Source of the DNA: a virus | Lineage: Duplodnaviria > Heunggongvirae > Uroviricota > Caudoviricetes | DNA length: 25,969 bases | IMG/VR virus record: IMGVR_UViG_2585427776_000011 | Direction: 5' to 3' (one strand) | Shown here: positions 1 through 11,202 of the stretch, one piece after another | Layout: every line of letters begins with the position of its first letter | Numbering within the stretch: the first letter of the stretch is position 1 | Notes under the pieces: model-generated | Told to the model about the DNA's origin: nothing | Database searches by the model: none | Seen by the model: the letters and a program-made list of their open reading frames with translations, nothing else | Translations under genes and position numbers: made by a program

Positions 1-1293
<1,293 letters not shown>

Positions 1294-1312
1294 TACCCAA
1301 TTTTTCTGAATC

Positions 1313-1336
1313 TAAAAAGCGCCTGCGGGCGCTTTA
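1313..1336 (+). terminator. hairpin immediately downstream of serS (AGCGCC-tgcg-GGCGCT), weak T-tract
   Basis: Inverted repeat 1318-1323 / 1328-1333 read directly; flanked by A5 upstream and TTT downstream. Confidence 0.4.
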
Positions 1337-1410
1337 AGTAGAAGTTTAATTATTTGAAAATAAATGGATTTTATTTTTAAGTGTCCATATAACGTCCATC
1401 TTTGAATGCA

Positions 1411-1448
1411 AAAAGCCCACAGCATTCTATGCTATGGGCTTTGTTTTT
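1411..1448 (+). terminator. rho-independent terminator-like hairpin with U-tract
   Basis: GCCCACAGCAT-tct-ATGCTATGGGC stem (one mismatch) followed by TTTGTTTTT; preceded by A-run so possibly bidirectional. Confidence 0.5.
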
Positions 1449-1925
1449 GGTGTCCTCATGAGTGAGGGAACCAAAAAGAAAACCCGCAGTTTTTACGCTG
1501 CGGGTTTGTTGTTCATGTCTGTGAGATAGGGTGCCTTATCGACCTTACCCTGGCAACCGATTGACGGGGGATTGCTCCCCCGTCGCGGTTTCCTTACTGC
1601 TTACACTGTAAGAACGCCGCAAACTCCGCTCCCCAGAAGCTCATCCGTATTTCACACAGCGAACCGTGCAGCATCCAGATTATGAGGATTACCGTCACGC
1701 AGAACGTGATGGCCGTAAGCGATTTTTGCGACATAGCGCTTGCTCCTTTGTTGGAGAGGCGCTAACCTATCACTTGCTTAAGGTAGATATGTTAGGGCCT
1801 CGGTTAAACAGAGATGTTTTCCGGGGCCTTTCCACATCCGGCCTTCGGGTATTCCCTCCGACCATCAGCCGAAAGGCACCCGCGCGTAATCTATCGCTTT
1901 TTTGTTACTCCGGCAATTCTGCCTG

Positions 1926-2186
1926 TTAATTCTGAGATAAAGGCAAACTCATCTGATTGTTTCCCCTGTGTGAAGCTGGCAACTCATGCCACGGGATACC
2001 TTCTGAAGAGTGAACGCCGGGGGCGTGTTTCGATGTGAATTTATGGAAAGCTTCCAGTGTTGAGAAACTTATGCCGCATTCCAGGTTGTTACACTGGTAA
2101 TATTTTTTCCGTACGGTGTTTGAATCATTTTCCGAACGACTGGTGCGGATACGGGCAGATGCGCCACAAAGCGGACAACGGAACAT
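1926..2186 (-). CDS. ogr: Ogr/Delta-family zinc-finger late transcription activator
   Basis: N-terminus MFRCPLCG...YYQCNNLEC matches the C-x2-C...C-x4-C zinc finger of P2 Ogr; strong RBS GGGAGG upstream of ATG at 2186; C-terminal tail differs from P2 Ogr as I remember it. Confidence 0.8.
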   Translation of the reverse strand: MFRCPLCGASARIRTSRSENDSNTVRKKYYQCNNLECGISFSTLEAFHKFTSKHAPGVHSSEGIPWHELPASHRGNNQMSLPLSQN

Positions 2187-2228
2187 AGCGACCTCCCTTA
2201 ACGTGGTGCTGCCGCTATTCTAAGTTGC

Positions 2229-3338
2229 TCACTCTGTTTCTGCTATCCATTCCGGGATTTTTGCTTCAAGCTCAAGCTGCGTGGTAAAGCCGCTGTTATC
2301 AATGGTGTGCTCGGCTTTTGCAATAATCCAGTCCTGATTGTCGATGTCACTTTTGAAGCCTGTCACCGTGCCATGCATTTCGGGGTAGAGTTCTGCGCGT
2401 CCACGAGCCAGTGTGATGGAGAATGATGCGGCTCCGCGTTGTAGTTGCTGCCACTTTGCCGCCGCTGCGCGTCTTGCTGCCTGCTCGTTCTGATAAGTCT
2501 TGCGTAACACAAACACATTGCCTTCCGCGCCTTCCATATAATCACCTTCACGGCTGCTGCTTTTCTCCTTTTTGGGTTTTGGCGGTTTACGGCGTTTCAC
2601 GCTGACTTTTTTCTTTTTCCCGTAATTAAGATCAAGCCAGTAGGCGCGTACCCCCGTATACGCCTCGCGGTCAGCAATACGGAACTGATGGCGATCGCCG
2701 CTGCTGCGTGTAATGGCGAACGAGGGCAACGGCTGGCCCTGTGCGTTCACGCCACCACCTGGCATGATGAATAACAGATTGCCGCTTTTTACCGTGGTGA
2801 TTGCGCCCAGCATTTCCGCCATGCGCGTAAGAAAGGACATGTCGCTTTCTTCGGTCTGGTCGGCGTGGTCGATTTCGATATCCATCAGCATTTCGCTGAT
2901 TTGCGGTTTCAGACCGTACCGATGAGCGATGGCGGATACCACACGCTCAACGGTCACATCATGCCAGGACACCTCACGTTTAACGTTAAATTCATCCCGA
3001 AAATCTGCGCTTCTGGCTGAAACAGTCAGCCTGTCCGGCGGTCCTTCGTGAGCGATTTCATCAACAATGTAAGTGCCTTTTTCTGTCAGCGGTTCCCCTT
3101 TCCAGCCAATGAGAACCGTCAGACGCGCGCCCCGTGGCGGTAGCTGCAACTGGCCATCGGCATCATCCAGCGTGATGGTGAGCTGGTCCGCCTCAAATCC
3201 CCGGTTGTCGGTCAGCGACAGGCTCATCAGGCGCTCTGCCACGCCGGACAGCGTTTTACCCTCCGCGAGAATATCAAAATCCGGCATTTTCACGGGGTCT
3301 GTGCCCTGACTGAGCAATTGCATGGTGGTGTCGGTCAT
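2229..3338 (-). CDS. D: P2 gpD-like tail protein (late control gene D)
   Basis: Translation from internal start MTDTTMQLLSQGTDPVKMPDFDILAEGK... is gpD-like; start chosen at ATG 3338 with RBS GGGAGGGAACAG, not the longer 413-aa ORF from 3470. Confidence 0.9.
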   Translation of the reverse strand: MTDTTMQLLSQGTDPVKMPDFDILAEGKTLSGVAERLMSLSLTDNRGFEADQLTITLDDADGQLQLPPRGARLTVLIGWKGEPLTEKGTYIVDEIAHEGPPDRLTVSARSADFRDEFNVKREVSWHDVTVERVVSAIAHRYGLKPQISEMLMDIEIDHADQTEESDMSFLTRMAEMLGAITTVKSGNLLFIMPGGGVNAQGQPLPSFAITRSSGDRHQFRIADREAYTGVRAYWLDLNYGKKKKVSVKRRKPPKPKKEKSSSREGDYMEGAEGNVFVLRKTYQNEQAARRAAAAKWQQLQRGAASFSITLARGRAELYPEMHGTVTGFKSDIDNQDWIIAKAEHTIDNSGFTTQLELEAKIPEWIAETE

Positions 3339-3495
3339 CTGTTCCCTCCCTGTGCGGCATGGTCGCATGTGCGTGCGGAGTGGGTTACTGCTTTTTGTTG
3401 TCGCCGTGGCGGGAGAATAGCGCAGGGGTGAGATTACGCGCGTGGTGGGTGATGATTGTTGCTGAATCATTTAACGGATACAAGGGGCTGAAGCT

Positions 3496-4680
3496 ATGAG
3501 TGAAACTCGTTTTCATGGTGCCCGTGTTACGGAAAGTACCGACCTGGTAACAGCGATTAATGATGTTGATTCCAGTGTTATCGGTATCGTGGCAACGGCG
3601 GATGATGCGGATGCGGAGCTGTTCCCGCTGAACAAGCCCACACTGCTGACCCGCGTCAATGACGTGCTGGGAAAATGCGGAACAACGGGGACGCTTTATC
3701 GTGCGCTTAAGGCCATCGCAGACCAGGTGAGCACAAAGGTGATCGTCGTTCGCGTGGCTGAACACAAAGAAGAAGACGGAAAAACGCAGGATCAACTGGT
3801 TATCGGTGGTTCTGAATCTGACGGCAGCTATACGGGGATGTATGCGCTGCTTGTTGCAGAGCAGGATGAAAGCATCGGATACCGTCCGCGTATTCTGGCC
3901 GCGCCGGAGCTGGACACGGAGGCGGTAACAAAATCCCTGTGCGTGATTGCAGGTAAACTGCGCGCGTTTGTGTATGCCTCATGTCACGGCTGTAACACGA
4001 TGGCTGAGGCGATTACCTACCGCCAGAAATTCAACGAACGTGAGGTGATGCTCTTATGGCCGGACTTCATCGCCTACAACCCGAAAAGTGGCAAAAACGA
4101 AACGTTCCCCGCGCCTGCCTATGCGTGCGGCCTTCGTGCGTACATTGACCATGAGCAGGGCTGGCACAAATCGCTGTCCAACGTTCCGGTTAAAAATGTG
4201 CTGGGGATGTCTAGGCATGTGTTCTGGTCGTTGCAGGCCGAAGACAGTGATGCCAACAGCCTCAACAACAAAGAAATCACGACCATTATTCGTCGCAACG
4301 GGTTCCGCTTCTGGGGCAACCGCACACCGGAAACGAACGCCTACATCTTTGAGGTGTATACCCGAACCGCACAGGTGCTGGCTGATTCAATTGCGGAAGC
4401 GCAGTTTGAAACCATCGACAGTCCACTGACGCCTGCGAACGTGAAAGATGTTATCAGTGCCATCAGGGCAAAACTGGATTCACTGGTTACTGCCGGGAAA
4501 CTGATTGGGGCGTCGTGCTGGTATGACGTGGTGGATAACGGCACCACGAATTTACGTCAGGGGCGCGTGCGTATTCGCTACAAATATACGCCTGTTCCCC
4601 CGCTGGAAGACATGGAGCTTTACCAGTCGTTTACTGATGAATTCTTTGGTCCCGCATTTGCGGTGCTGGGAGGTGCCTGA
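3496..4680 (+). CDS. FI: P2 gpFI-like contractile tail sheath protein
   Basis: 394-aa ORF, recognised as tail sheath (FI) family; stop overlaps FII start (ATGA). Confidence 0.93.
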   Translation: MSETRFHGARVTESTDLVTAINDVDSSVIGIVATADDADAELFPLNKPTLLTRVNDVLGKCGTTGTLYRALKAIADQVSTKVIVVRVAEHKEEDGKTQDQLVIGGSESDGSYTGMYALLVAEQDESIGYRPRILAAPELDTEAVTKSLCVIAGKLRAFVYASCHGCNTMAEAITYRQKFNEREVMLLWPDFIAYNPKSGKNETFPAPAYACGLRAYIDHEQGWHKSLSNVPVKNVLGMSRHVFWSLQAEDSDANSLNNKEITTIIRRNGFRFWGNRTPETNAYIFEVYTRTAQVLADSIAEAQFETIDSPLTPANVKDVISAIRAKLDSLVTAGKLIGASCWYDVVDNGTTNLRQGRVRIRYKYTPVPPLEDMELYQSFTDEFFGPAFAVLGGA

Positions 4681-5192
4681 TGGCTGTACCAAAACATCTT
4701 CGCTTTTTTACGCTGTTTGTGGATGGTGAAAACGAAGTGGGTAAGGTGACGTCCGTCACTCTGCCTAAGCTGACGCGCAAAACCGACAGCTACCGGGGTG
4801 GTGGCATGATGGGTGCGGTAAGTATTGATCTCGGTCTGGACGACTCCGCGCTTGATGCGAGCTTTGTCATGGGGGGCGCAGTTCGTGAGCTGTTCCTTAA
4901 GTATGGCGGCACGATTGACGGCACGCTGCTGCGTTTTGCGGGTGAATACTACACCGATGCAGAAAGCGACCTGTATGAAGTCGAAATGCGCGGACGTGTG
5001 ACGGAAATTGATATGGGGGAAGCCAAACAGGGCGAAGCCACATCACACACTTACGCCATTAAAAACACCTACTACAAGCTGAGTGTTAACGATCGCCCGT
5101 TGTGGGAGATTGACCTGCTGAACTTCATTTACCGGAAGGACGGCAAGGACATTGTGCCCGATCGCATCCGTTCCGCGCTCGGGCTTGGCTGA
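4680..5192 (+). CDS. FII: P2 gpFII-like tail tube protein
   Basis: 170-aa ORF immediately after sheath gene; tail tube family by sequence and synteny. Confidence 0.9.
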   Translation: MAVPKHLRFFTLFVDGENEVGKVTSVTLPKLTRKTDSYRGGGMMGAVSIDLGLDDSALDASFVMGGAVRELFLKYGGTIDGTLLRFAGEYYTDAESDLYEVEMRGRVTEIDMGEAKQGEATSHTYAIKNTYYKLSVNDRPLWEIDLLNFIYRKDGKDIVPDRIRSALGLG

Positions 5193-5247
5193 TAAGTAAT
5201 ATGCAGGCGGCGCAGTGCGTCGCCTCTGACTGAAAAGGAGACAACTG

Positions 5248-5622
5248 ATGAAAGACATCGATACTGAAACCCGGAATAACACCGTGGCGGATGATGTGAC
5301 GGCAGGTGAGGATATGGCTGTCGAACGTGGCGTAAAACTGACCCGACCAATTGAGCGTGGTGGCGAAAAAATCACGTATGTGGAGATCACCGGGGCTATT
5401 GAACAGGCTGGATCCCTGCGTGGTCTGTCGCTGTCTGATGTGCTGAATCTGAAAGCGGATACCATGTTCACGCTGTTGCCTCGCGTGACCTCGCCACGAC
5501 TGGATGAAGTGATGATTAAAAAAATGTCGTCACGCGATTTTATTCAGTTGTGCGCTGTGGCTGTAAATTTTATGAGCGAGCCAGACTCTGGCGCGAAGAG
5601 CGTGCAGGAGACGGCAGCGTAA
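5248..5622 (+). CDS. E: P2 gpE-like tail assembly chaperone
   Basis: 124-aa ORF between tube and tape-measure genes, the conserved position of gpE. Confidence 0.85.
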   Translation: MKDIDTETRNNTVADDVTAGEDMAVERGVKLTRPIERGGEKITYVEITGAIEQAGSLRGLSLSDVLNLKADTMFTLLPRVTSPRLDEVMIKKMSSRDFIQLCAVAVNFMSEPDSGAKSVQETAA

Positions 5623-5786
5623 TCACCCTGGTGTGCTTTGAGCACATCGAAGATCTGGTGGCAGATATCGCCGCCATTTTTAACTGGTCGCCCGCCGAAA
5701 TCTTCATGATGACGCCCGGCGAAGTGGTTAGCTGGCGTGAGCGGGCGGCACTTCGCAGCGGGAATGCAGACAATGAAGACTCTTGA
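5248..5786 (+). CDS. gpE+E' tail assembly chaperone extension made by programmed -1 frameshift
   Basis: The -1 frame is open from 5520 to the stop at 5784-5786 and overlaps the end of E; candidate slippery runs are A7 at 5518-5524 and AAATTTT at 5565-5571. Exact shift site not determined. Confidence 0.6.
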
Positions 5787-8580
5787 CATCCGGGTCGCTT
5801 TCAGCGCCGTTGACAGGCTGACCCGGCCTGCCGAAAACGCCCGCCGCCTGATGGGGCAGTTTGGTGACTCCATCCAGCGAACGCAGGGGGCGATCAAAAA
5901 TCTCGAGCGTCAGGCGCGTTCATTTGAGCGCGCCCGTGACGCTGTCGGTAAAGCGGATGCTGGCATATTGAAAGCACGACGCCAGCTTAACGCCCTTAAT
6001 CAGTTACAACGCACGGGTACAGTGCTCAGCGAAAAACAACAAAAGCTGATGCAGCAGTTAAGCACCCGGCTTGAACGCCTGAATGAATCGCGCACACGGG
6101 AAATTCAGAAAATGCGGGAGCTTGGCGGAGAGCTGAAACGCCACGGCATTTCCCTGACAGGCAGCGATAACACCATCCAGCAGGCCATCAGACGCACCGA
6201 ACAGTACAACAACCAGCTTGAACGCGAACGGCAGGCGCTTGCGCGTGTAACACGTGCGCGTGAGCGGTATTCGCGCGCGCAGGAAACCGCGGGAAAACTG
6301 AAAACAGGTGGTGCGCTGGCAATTGGTGCGGCAGCGGCTGGCAGCTATGCTGCCGGGCGTTTTTTGCAGCCTGCGATCGGGTTCGGGAAAGAGATGTCCC
6401 GCGTTCAGGCACTGACGCGAATCGACCAGAACAGCCCGCAGTTTAAGGCGCTGCGTGAACAGGCGTTAAAACTTGGCTCTGAAACGCAGTTCACTGCAGG
6501 CGATGCCGCCAGTGGGCAGGCATTTCTTGCAATGGCAGGCTTCACACCGCAGGCCATTCAGGCTGCGCTTCCCGGAGTGCTGAGCATGGCAACGGCTGGC
6601 GGTATGGATCTCGGCGAGACGGCAGATATTGGCTCAAATATCCTGACGCAGTTCGGCCTTTCTGCTGACCAGATGGACCGGGTCGGTGACACACTCACCG
6701 CAGCGTTTACCCGTACCAACACTGACCTTCGCGCACTGGGCGAAACCATGAAATATGCAGGTCCGGTGGCGGGTAAGCTGGGAATATCGCTGGAGCAGGC
6801 CGCAGCGATGGCTGGCGTGCTGGCGAATATGGGCATCAGAGGGAGTGATGCCGGGACGGCAATGCGTGCCAGCCTGGCTCGTCTGGCATCACCGCCAAAG
6901 GCGGCGGCAGAAGCTCTGAAAGAGCTGGGCGTGTCCGTCTCGGATGCCGGGGGTAAAATGCGCCCGATGGAGGATGTGCTGGCCGACCTTTATAAAGCCA
7001 CCCGCAAATACGGGGAAGTTGACCGGGTATCGTTCTTTAAGGACATTGCCGGAGAAGAGGCTTTCACATCGTTTATGGCGCTCGTTGATGCAGTGGGTGA
7101 CGGTTCCTTACCCAAACTGAGAAAAGAACTTGAAGGCGCGCGCGGTGAGGCTGAACGCACAGCAAAGGTTATGGCCAACAACCTTGACGGCGATCTGAAA
7201 TCACTCGGCAGTGCATGGGAAGGGTTGCGCATCCGCATTGCAGATCTGATTGACGGTCCGCTGCGTTCTGTCACGCAGTGGCTCACGCGGGTGGTATCAA
7301 GGGTGACGGCGCTGGCGCAGGCCCATCCGGCACTGACGCGCCAGCTACTGATAGCAGGCGGTGCGTTGCTGGCAATGACTGCAACGGTTGGCTCGTTGTC
7401 GCTGGCTATTGGTATGCTTGCTGGTCCGCTGGCAAAACTGCGTCTTGGTTTTTCTCTCCTGACCGGATCAATGAATGCTGTCAGGGTCCTGCCAGCACTA
7501 TGGGGAATGGTGACGGGTTCCGTTTCTTTACTGGGAGGCGCTATCGGGGCGCTGTTCAGTCCGGTTAGTCTTATCGTGGCTGCACTTGCCGGAGCTGCCG
7601 TTCTTATCTGGAAATACTGGGATCCCATCAGGGCATTTTTTGCCGGGGTGTTCAGCGGGATTATGGAAAGGCTGGCCCCGTTGCGCGAAACCTTTGAACG
7701 GTTTGGTCCTGTTTTTGACGCAATCGGAAGCGGGATCAGCCAGGTGTTTAACTGGTTTAAATCGCTGCTGTCACCGATGGAGTCCAGCAAGGAAACGCTG
7801 GAAAAATGTACCAGTGCTGGCGAGATATTCGGTAACGTTCTTGGCGGTGCGTTACAACTTGTTCTGACGCCTGCAAAAATGCTACTGGATACGCTGGCGT
7901 GGATACTTGAAAAACTTGGCGTCCTTCCGGATGAAGCGGAAAGGGCGCGCAAGAAAATCGAAGACGCACAGCGTGCGGCCATTCTTCAGGACAAGGTTGC
8001 CTTGCTTCAGGGGGACCTGGCGAAAATCAATCCGCCGAAGCCTGTGGAAAATGGCAATGGCACCGGAGGTGATAAACCCAAAGACAACAAACCGCTCACA
8101 GACAGCAATACCGGTACGCTACGCAGACTCAGCAAAATTGCTGATAACACAGGTAAGCTGGTTGATGAGACGAAAAAACGCATTGGCCCCGGCGATATTG
8201 TCTTTAAGAACCTGCCCCGCGCACTTGCTGTTCGTGGGGAGTGGCAGGAGCGGAAGATTGCGCAGGTCAGTAAGCCTGCTTCCGCAATCAACATCACACC
8301 CGTGGTCCCGACTCCTCTGCCTCCGGCGCTGGTCCCTGTTGTTGCGGCCAGCTCCCGCCCGGTGGCGGAGGCCATACGATCGCCAGTGGCATCAGTTCCT
8401 GCAACTTCCCGTAACCGGGAGCCTGTTGTCTCCGGATTTGGCGGTGAAATTCATGTTCATCTGCATAACGTTGTTACGCAGAATCCCCGCGAACTGGCGA
8501 AACTGGTCGGTGAAATGGTCAGGGCAGAATTGGAACGACGCGACCGTGCCGGACGTGGCAGTTTTTACGATAAAGATTGA
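5764..8580 (+). CDS. T: P2 gpT-like tail tape measure protein
   Basis: Long ORF (947 aa from 5737) with coiled-coil N-terminus and Gly/Ala-rich hydrophobic middle typical of tape measure; start placed at ATG 5764 (alternative 5773). Confidence 0.9.
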   Translation: MQTMKTLDIRVAFSAVDRLTRPAENARRLMGQFGDSIQRTQGAIKNLERQARSFERARDAVGKADAGILKARRQLNALNQLQRTGTVLSEKQQKLMQQLSTRLERLNESRTREIQKMRELGGELKRHGISLTGSDNTIQQAIRRTEQYNNQLERERQALARVTRARERYSRAQETAGKLKTGGALAIGAAAAGSYAAGRFLQPAIGFGKEMSRVQALTRIDQNSPQFKALREQALKLGSETQFTAGDAASGQAFLAMAGFTPQAIQAALPGVLSMATAGGMDLGETADIGSNILTQFGLSADQMDRVGDTLTAAFTRTNTDLRALGETMKYAGPVAGKLGISLEQAAAMAGVLANMGIRGSDAGTAMRASLARLASPPKAAAEALKELGVSVSDAGGKMRPMEDVLADLYKATRKYGEVDRVSFFKDIAGEEAFTSFMALVDAVGDGSLPKLRKELEGARGEAERTAKVMANNLDGDLKSLGSAWEGLRIRIADLIDGPLRSVTQWLTRVVSRVTALAQAHPALTRQLLIAGGALLAMTATVGSLSLAIGMLAGPLAKLRLGFSLLTGSMNAVRVLPALWGMVTGSVSLLGGAIGALFSPVSLIVAALAGAAVLIWKYWDPIRAFFAGVFSGIMERLAPLRETFERFGPVFDAIGSGISQVFNWFKSLLSPMESSKETLEKCTSAGEIFGNVLGGALQLVLTPAKMLLDTLAWILEKLGVLPDEAERARKKIEDAQRAAILQDKVALLQGDLAKINPPKPVENGNGTGGDKPKDNKPLTDSNTGTLRRLSKIADNTGKLVDETKKRIGPGDIVFKNLPRALAVRGEWQERKIAQVSKPASAINITPVVPTPLPPALVPVVAASSRPVAEAIRSPVASVPATSRNREPVVSGFGGEIHVHLHNVVTQNPRELAKLVGEMVRAELERRDRAGRGSFYDKD

Positions 8581-8586
8581 GGAGTC

Positions 8587-9081
8587 ATGGCCATGATGAT
8601 GATCTACGGCATGTTTGTTTTTGAGCTGCGCACATTGCCGCATCAGCAGTTACAGCAAAACAAAAGCTGGCGGCATGTGAAAAATGAACGCGTTAATCGT
8701 TCAGCAAGCTGGCAGTATATCGGCGCAGGTGATGATCGCATCGTGCTTTCCGGCGTGCTTTATCCTGAAATTACAGGTGGCGAAGTGTCGCTTTCGTTGC
8801 TGACCACGCAGGCATATACAGGACGCCCCTGGCCTCTGATTGATGGTGTCGGGCAGATTTACGGCATGTATGTACTGACTGAAACGAATACGACCCGTTC
8901 CGAGTTTGATCGCTACGGTAAGGCGAAAAAGATAGAATTTTCACTGACTCTTGGACGCTGTGATGAGGATTTGCGGGAGCGCCTGCAATCCTCATCGTTC
9001 AGTGATATGCTGTCCGGCTTCAAAGATAAGGTCACATCATCCCTTAACAGCGCGGCCAGCTCCGTTAAAGGGCTGTTTTGA
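8587..9081 (+). CDS. U: P2 gpU-like tail protein
   Basis: 164-aa ORF directly after T, gpU-like; start may be the second or third ATG (8593/8596) for better RBS spacing. Confidence 0.85.
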   Translation: MAMMMIYGMFVFELRTLPHQQLQQNKSWRHVKNERVNRSASWQYIGAGDDRIVLSGVLYPEITGGEVSLSLLTTQAYTGRPWPLIDGVGQIYGMYVLTETNTTRSEFDRYGKAKKIEFSLTLGRCDEDLRERLQSSSFSDMLSGFKDKVTSSLNSAASSVKGLF

Positions 9082-9088
9082 TTAACGC

Positions 9089-9120
9089 AAAACCGCTAAT
9101 GGTCAGATTAGCGGTTTTTA
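9089..9120. terminator. bidirectional intrinsic terminator between U and invertase
   Basis: Perfect inverted repeat AAAACCGCTAAT-ggtcag-ATTAGCGGTTTT with T/A runs on both sides; overlaps the 3' end of the invertase ORF. Confidence 0.6.
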
Positions 9121-9707
9121 TTTTCCTGAGTCTGCCTGGTTGTTTCTTCAGCCTGTATATCGCCTGCAGGGTGATAACGATAAATCGTCGATATGCCGAT
9201 GTCGTAAATGATCGCCAGTTGTTTCCTGTCATGACCGTTTTTAATCAGCCTCGCTATTTGCTCGTGTTGTTCTTTTGTCAACTTCGGGCGACGTCCGCCA
9301 ATGCGTCCTTGTGCGCGTGCTGCTGCCAGCCCGGCCAGTGTACGCTCTACAATTAATTCACGTTCCATTTCGGCTAAAGCCCCCATGACGTGAAAAAAGA
9401 AACGCCCCATGGGTGTTGATGTGTCAATGCTGTCCGTCAGACTACGGAAATTAACACCTTTTTCCCGCAATTCCTCAATAAGCGTGATCAGGTGTTTCAT
9501 ACTTCTGCCCAGTCTGTCCAGCTTCCAGACAACCAGCGTATCTCCTTCTGATAGCGTTCTGAGCAGTTTTTTCAATCCCGGTCTGGCTGATTTCGTTCCG
9601 CTGATTTTATCTTCAAAAATCAGTTCACATCCTGCGCAGTTCAGTGCATTGCGTTGTAAATCCGTGTTCTGGTCATTTGTTGACACACGAATATAGCCAA
9701 TTTGCAT
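9108..9707 (-). CDS. Gin/Pin/Hin-family serine DNA invertase
   Basis: Translation from MQIGYIRVSTNDQ... (resolvase catalytic serine motif) with C-terminal HTH ...LAIIYDIGISTIYRY; start at ATG 9707 with RBS AGAGGA, not the 264-aa ORF start. Confidence 0.9.
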   Translation of the reverse strand: MQIGYIRVSTNDQNTDLQRNALNCAGCELIFEDKISGTKSARPGLKKLLRTLSEGDTLVVWKLDRLGRSMKHLITLIEELREKGVNFRSLTDSIDTSTPMGRFFFHVMGALAEMERELIVERTLAGLAAARAQGRIGGRRPKLTKEQHEQIARLIKNGHDRKQLAIIYDIGISTIYRYHPAGDIQAEETTRQTQENKNR

Positions 9708-9721
9708 AAAAAACATCCTCT

Positions 9722-10207
9722 TTGTTTCGTGAAAAATACAGAGTTGGTATAGGTAGGGATAAAAACGAAAACGTTGGTTTGGGGGAAGGCTCTGCACTGC
9801 CCGTTGGTGTGCCCGTTCCGTGGTCCTCAGCAACACCACCAACGGGCTGGCTGAAATGTAACGGTGCAGCATTTTCTTCTGAAATGTATCCCAGACTGGC
9901 AAGGGCTTATCCCACCAATAAATTACCGGATTTACGCGGTGAATTTATCCGTGGCTGGGATGATGGGCGCGGGATTGATGCGGGACGTACCCTGCTTTCA
10001 GGGCAGGATGGTACAAGTTTTTCTCATTACGGAGGTAATTTCGACATTGGGTCTGGTCATTCAATCAATAACTATGACCAAATTGTTTCTAACCAACCAG
10101 GCTTTTCCCGTTTTTCATTTGCAGGGCCTTCACGAGGTGATGGGGTTAATTATGTAACCATTCGTCCTCGTAATATTGCGTTTAATTACATCGTAAGGGC
10201 AGCATGA
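9722..10207 (+). CDS. tail-fibre C-terminal cassette 1 (tail-collar-like domain), no canonical start
   Basis: ORF opens at TTG; contains GWLKCNGAAFSSEMYP...LPDLRGEFIRGWDDGRG, the pattern of phage tail-collar domains; ends NYIVRAA. Confidence 0.5.
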   Translation: MFREKYRVGIGRDKNENVGLGEGSALPVGVPVPWSSATPPTGWLKCNGAAFSSEMYPRLARAYPTNKLPDLRGEFIRGWDDGRGIDAGRTLLSGQDGTSFSHYGGNFDIGSGHSINNYDQIVSNQPGFSRFSFAGPSRGDGVNYVTIRPRNIAFNYIVRAA

Positions 10208-10217
10208 AAACGTTGGT

Positions 10218-10685
10218 TTGGGGGAAGGCTCTGCGTTGCCCGTTGGCGTGCCCGTTCCATGGCCCTCAGCCACGCTGCCAACGGGGTGGCTGAAATGTAA
10301 CGGCGCAGCATTTTCTTCTGAAATGTACCCCAATCTGGCAAAGGCCTACCCCACCAATAAATTACCGGATTTACGGGGCGAATTTATTCGCGGCTGGGAT
10401 GACGGACGGGGCGTTGATAATGGGCGCAACCTACTGTCTGCACAGTCTGACGCTATTCAGAATATAGTTGGCACTTTTGGGCGTACTCAGCTTTTTAAAG
10501 ATGCGCTTAATTCAGGACCATTTAGTCAAACTGACTCTATATTATCAGTAGGCTTACAACCAACTGAGATCATTGAAGGATATGGTGCTTCTGTATGGAC
10601 ATTCGACGCCTCTCGCTCAGTTCGCACAGCATCTGAAACACGCCCCCATAACATTGCGTTTAATTACATCGTAAGGGCAGCATGA
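10218..10685 (+). CDS. tail-fibre C-terminal cassette 2, no ATG start
   Basis: Same conserved 5' and 3' ends as cassette 1 with a different central segment; frame opens just after the previous stop. Confidence 0.5.
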   Translation: MGEGSALPVGVPVPWPSATLPTGWLKCNGAAFSSEMYPNLAKAYPTNKLPDLRGEFIRGWDDGRGVDNGRNLLSAQSDAIQNIVGTFGRTQLFKDALNSGPFSQTDSILSVGLQPTEIIEGYGASVWTFDASRSVRTASETRPHNIAFNYIVRAA

Positions 10686-10695
10686 AAACGTTGGT

Positions 10696-11202
10696 TTGGG
10701 GGAAGGCTCTGCACTGCCCGTTGGTGTACCCGTTCCGTGGCCCTTAGAAACACTGCCAACGGGATGGCTGAAATGTAACGGTGCAGCATTTTCTTCTGAA
10801 ATGTATCCCAGACTGGCAAAGGCTTATCCCACCAATAAATTACCGGATTTACGCGGTGAATTTATCCGTGGTTGGGATGACGGACGTGGTGTGGATGCGG
10901 GGAGAACAATATTATCCGCTCAAGGTGATGCCATACGTAATATCTATGGTGAGTTCAAGACTGTAAACACCGAAAATTATTCAATATGGGAATCAGTAGG
11001 CTCATTTAAGGGGGCAGTGGTGCCTTTGAGTCCCTCAACGAACAATAGTTATTTCTCCTTCACCAGAAGTATGGTGACAGAAAGAACAGACGGCACTGTT
11101 TACCCAAAAGTGATAGGCCTTGATGCTTCAAGAATTGTTCCAACTGCAAACGAAAACCGTCCTCGTAACATTGCGTTTAATTACATCGTAAGGGCAGTAT
11201 GA
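10696..11202 (+). CDS. tail-fibre C-terminal cassette 3, no ATG start
   Basis: Same architecture as cassettes 1 and 2 with a third variable centre. Confidence 0.5.
   Translation: MGEGSALPVGVPVPWPLETLPTGWLKCNGAAFSSEMYPRLAKAYPTNKLPDLRGEFIRGWDDGRGVDAGRTILSAQGDAIRNIYGEFKTVNTENYSIWESVGSFKGAVVPLSPSTNNSYFSFTRSMVTERTDGTVYPKVIGLDASRIVPTANENRPRNIAFNYIVRAV

Noticed and set aside
1294-1925. tRNA or tmRNA gene as integration target next to serS
   Set aside because: No T-loop GTTCGAATC-like motif or cloverleaf-compatible segment found by eye on either strand.
2229-3470. Full 413-aa version of the D ORF
   Set aside because: The first 44 codons lack similarity to gpD, while an internal ATG at 3338 has a strong RBS and gives the expected N-terminus.
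6990-7982. 330-aa ORF antisense to the tape-measure gene
   Set aside because: Ala/Ser/Pro-rich low-complexity translation typical of the antisense frame of a GC-rich gene; lies entirely inside the T gene.
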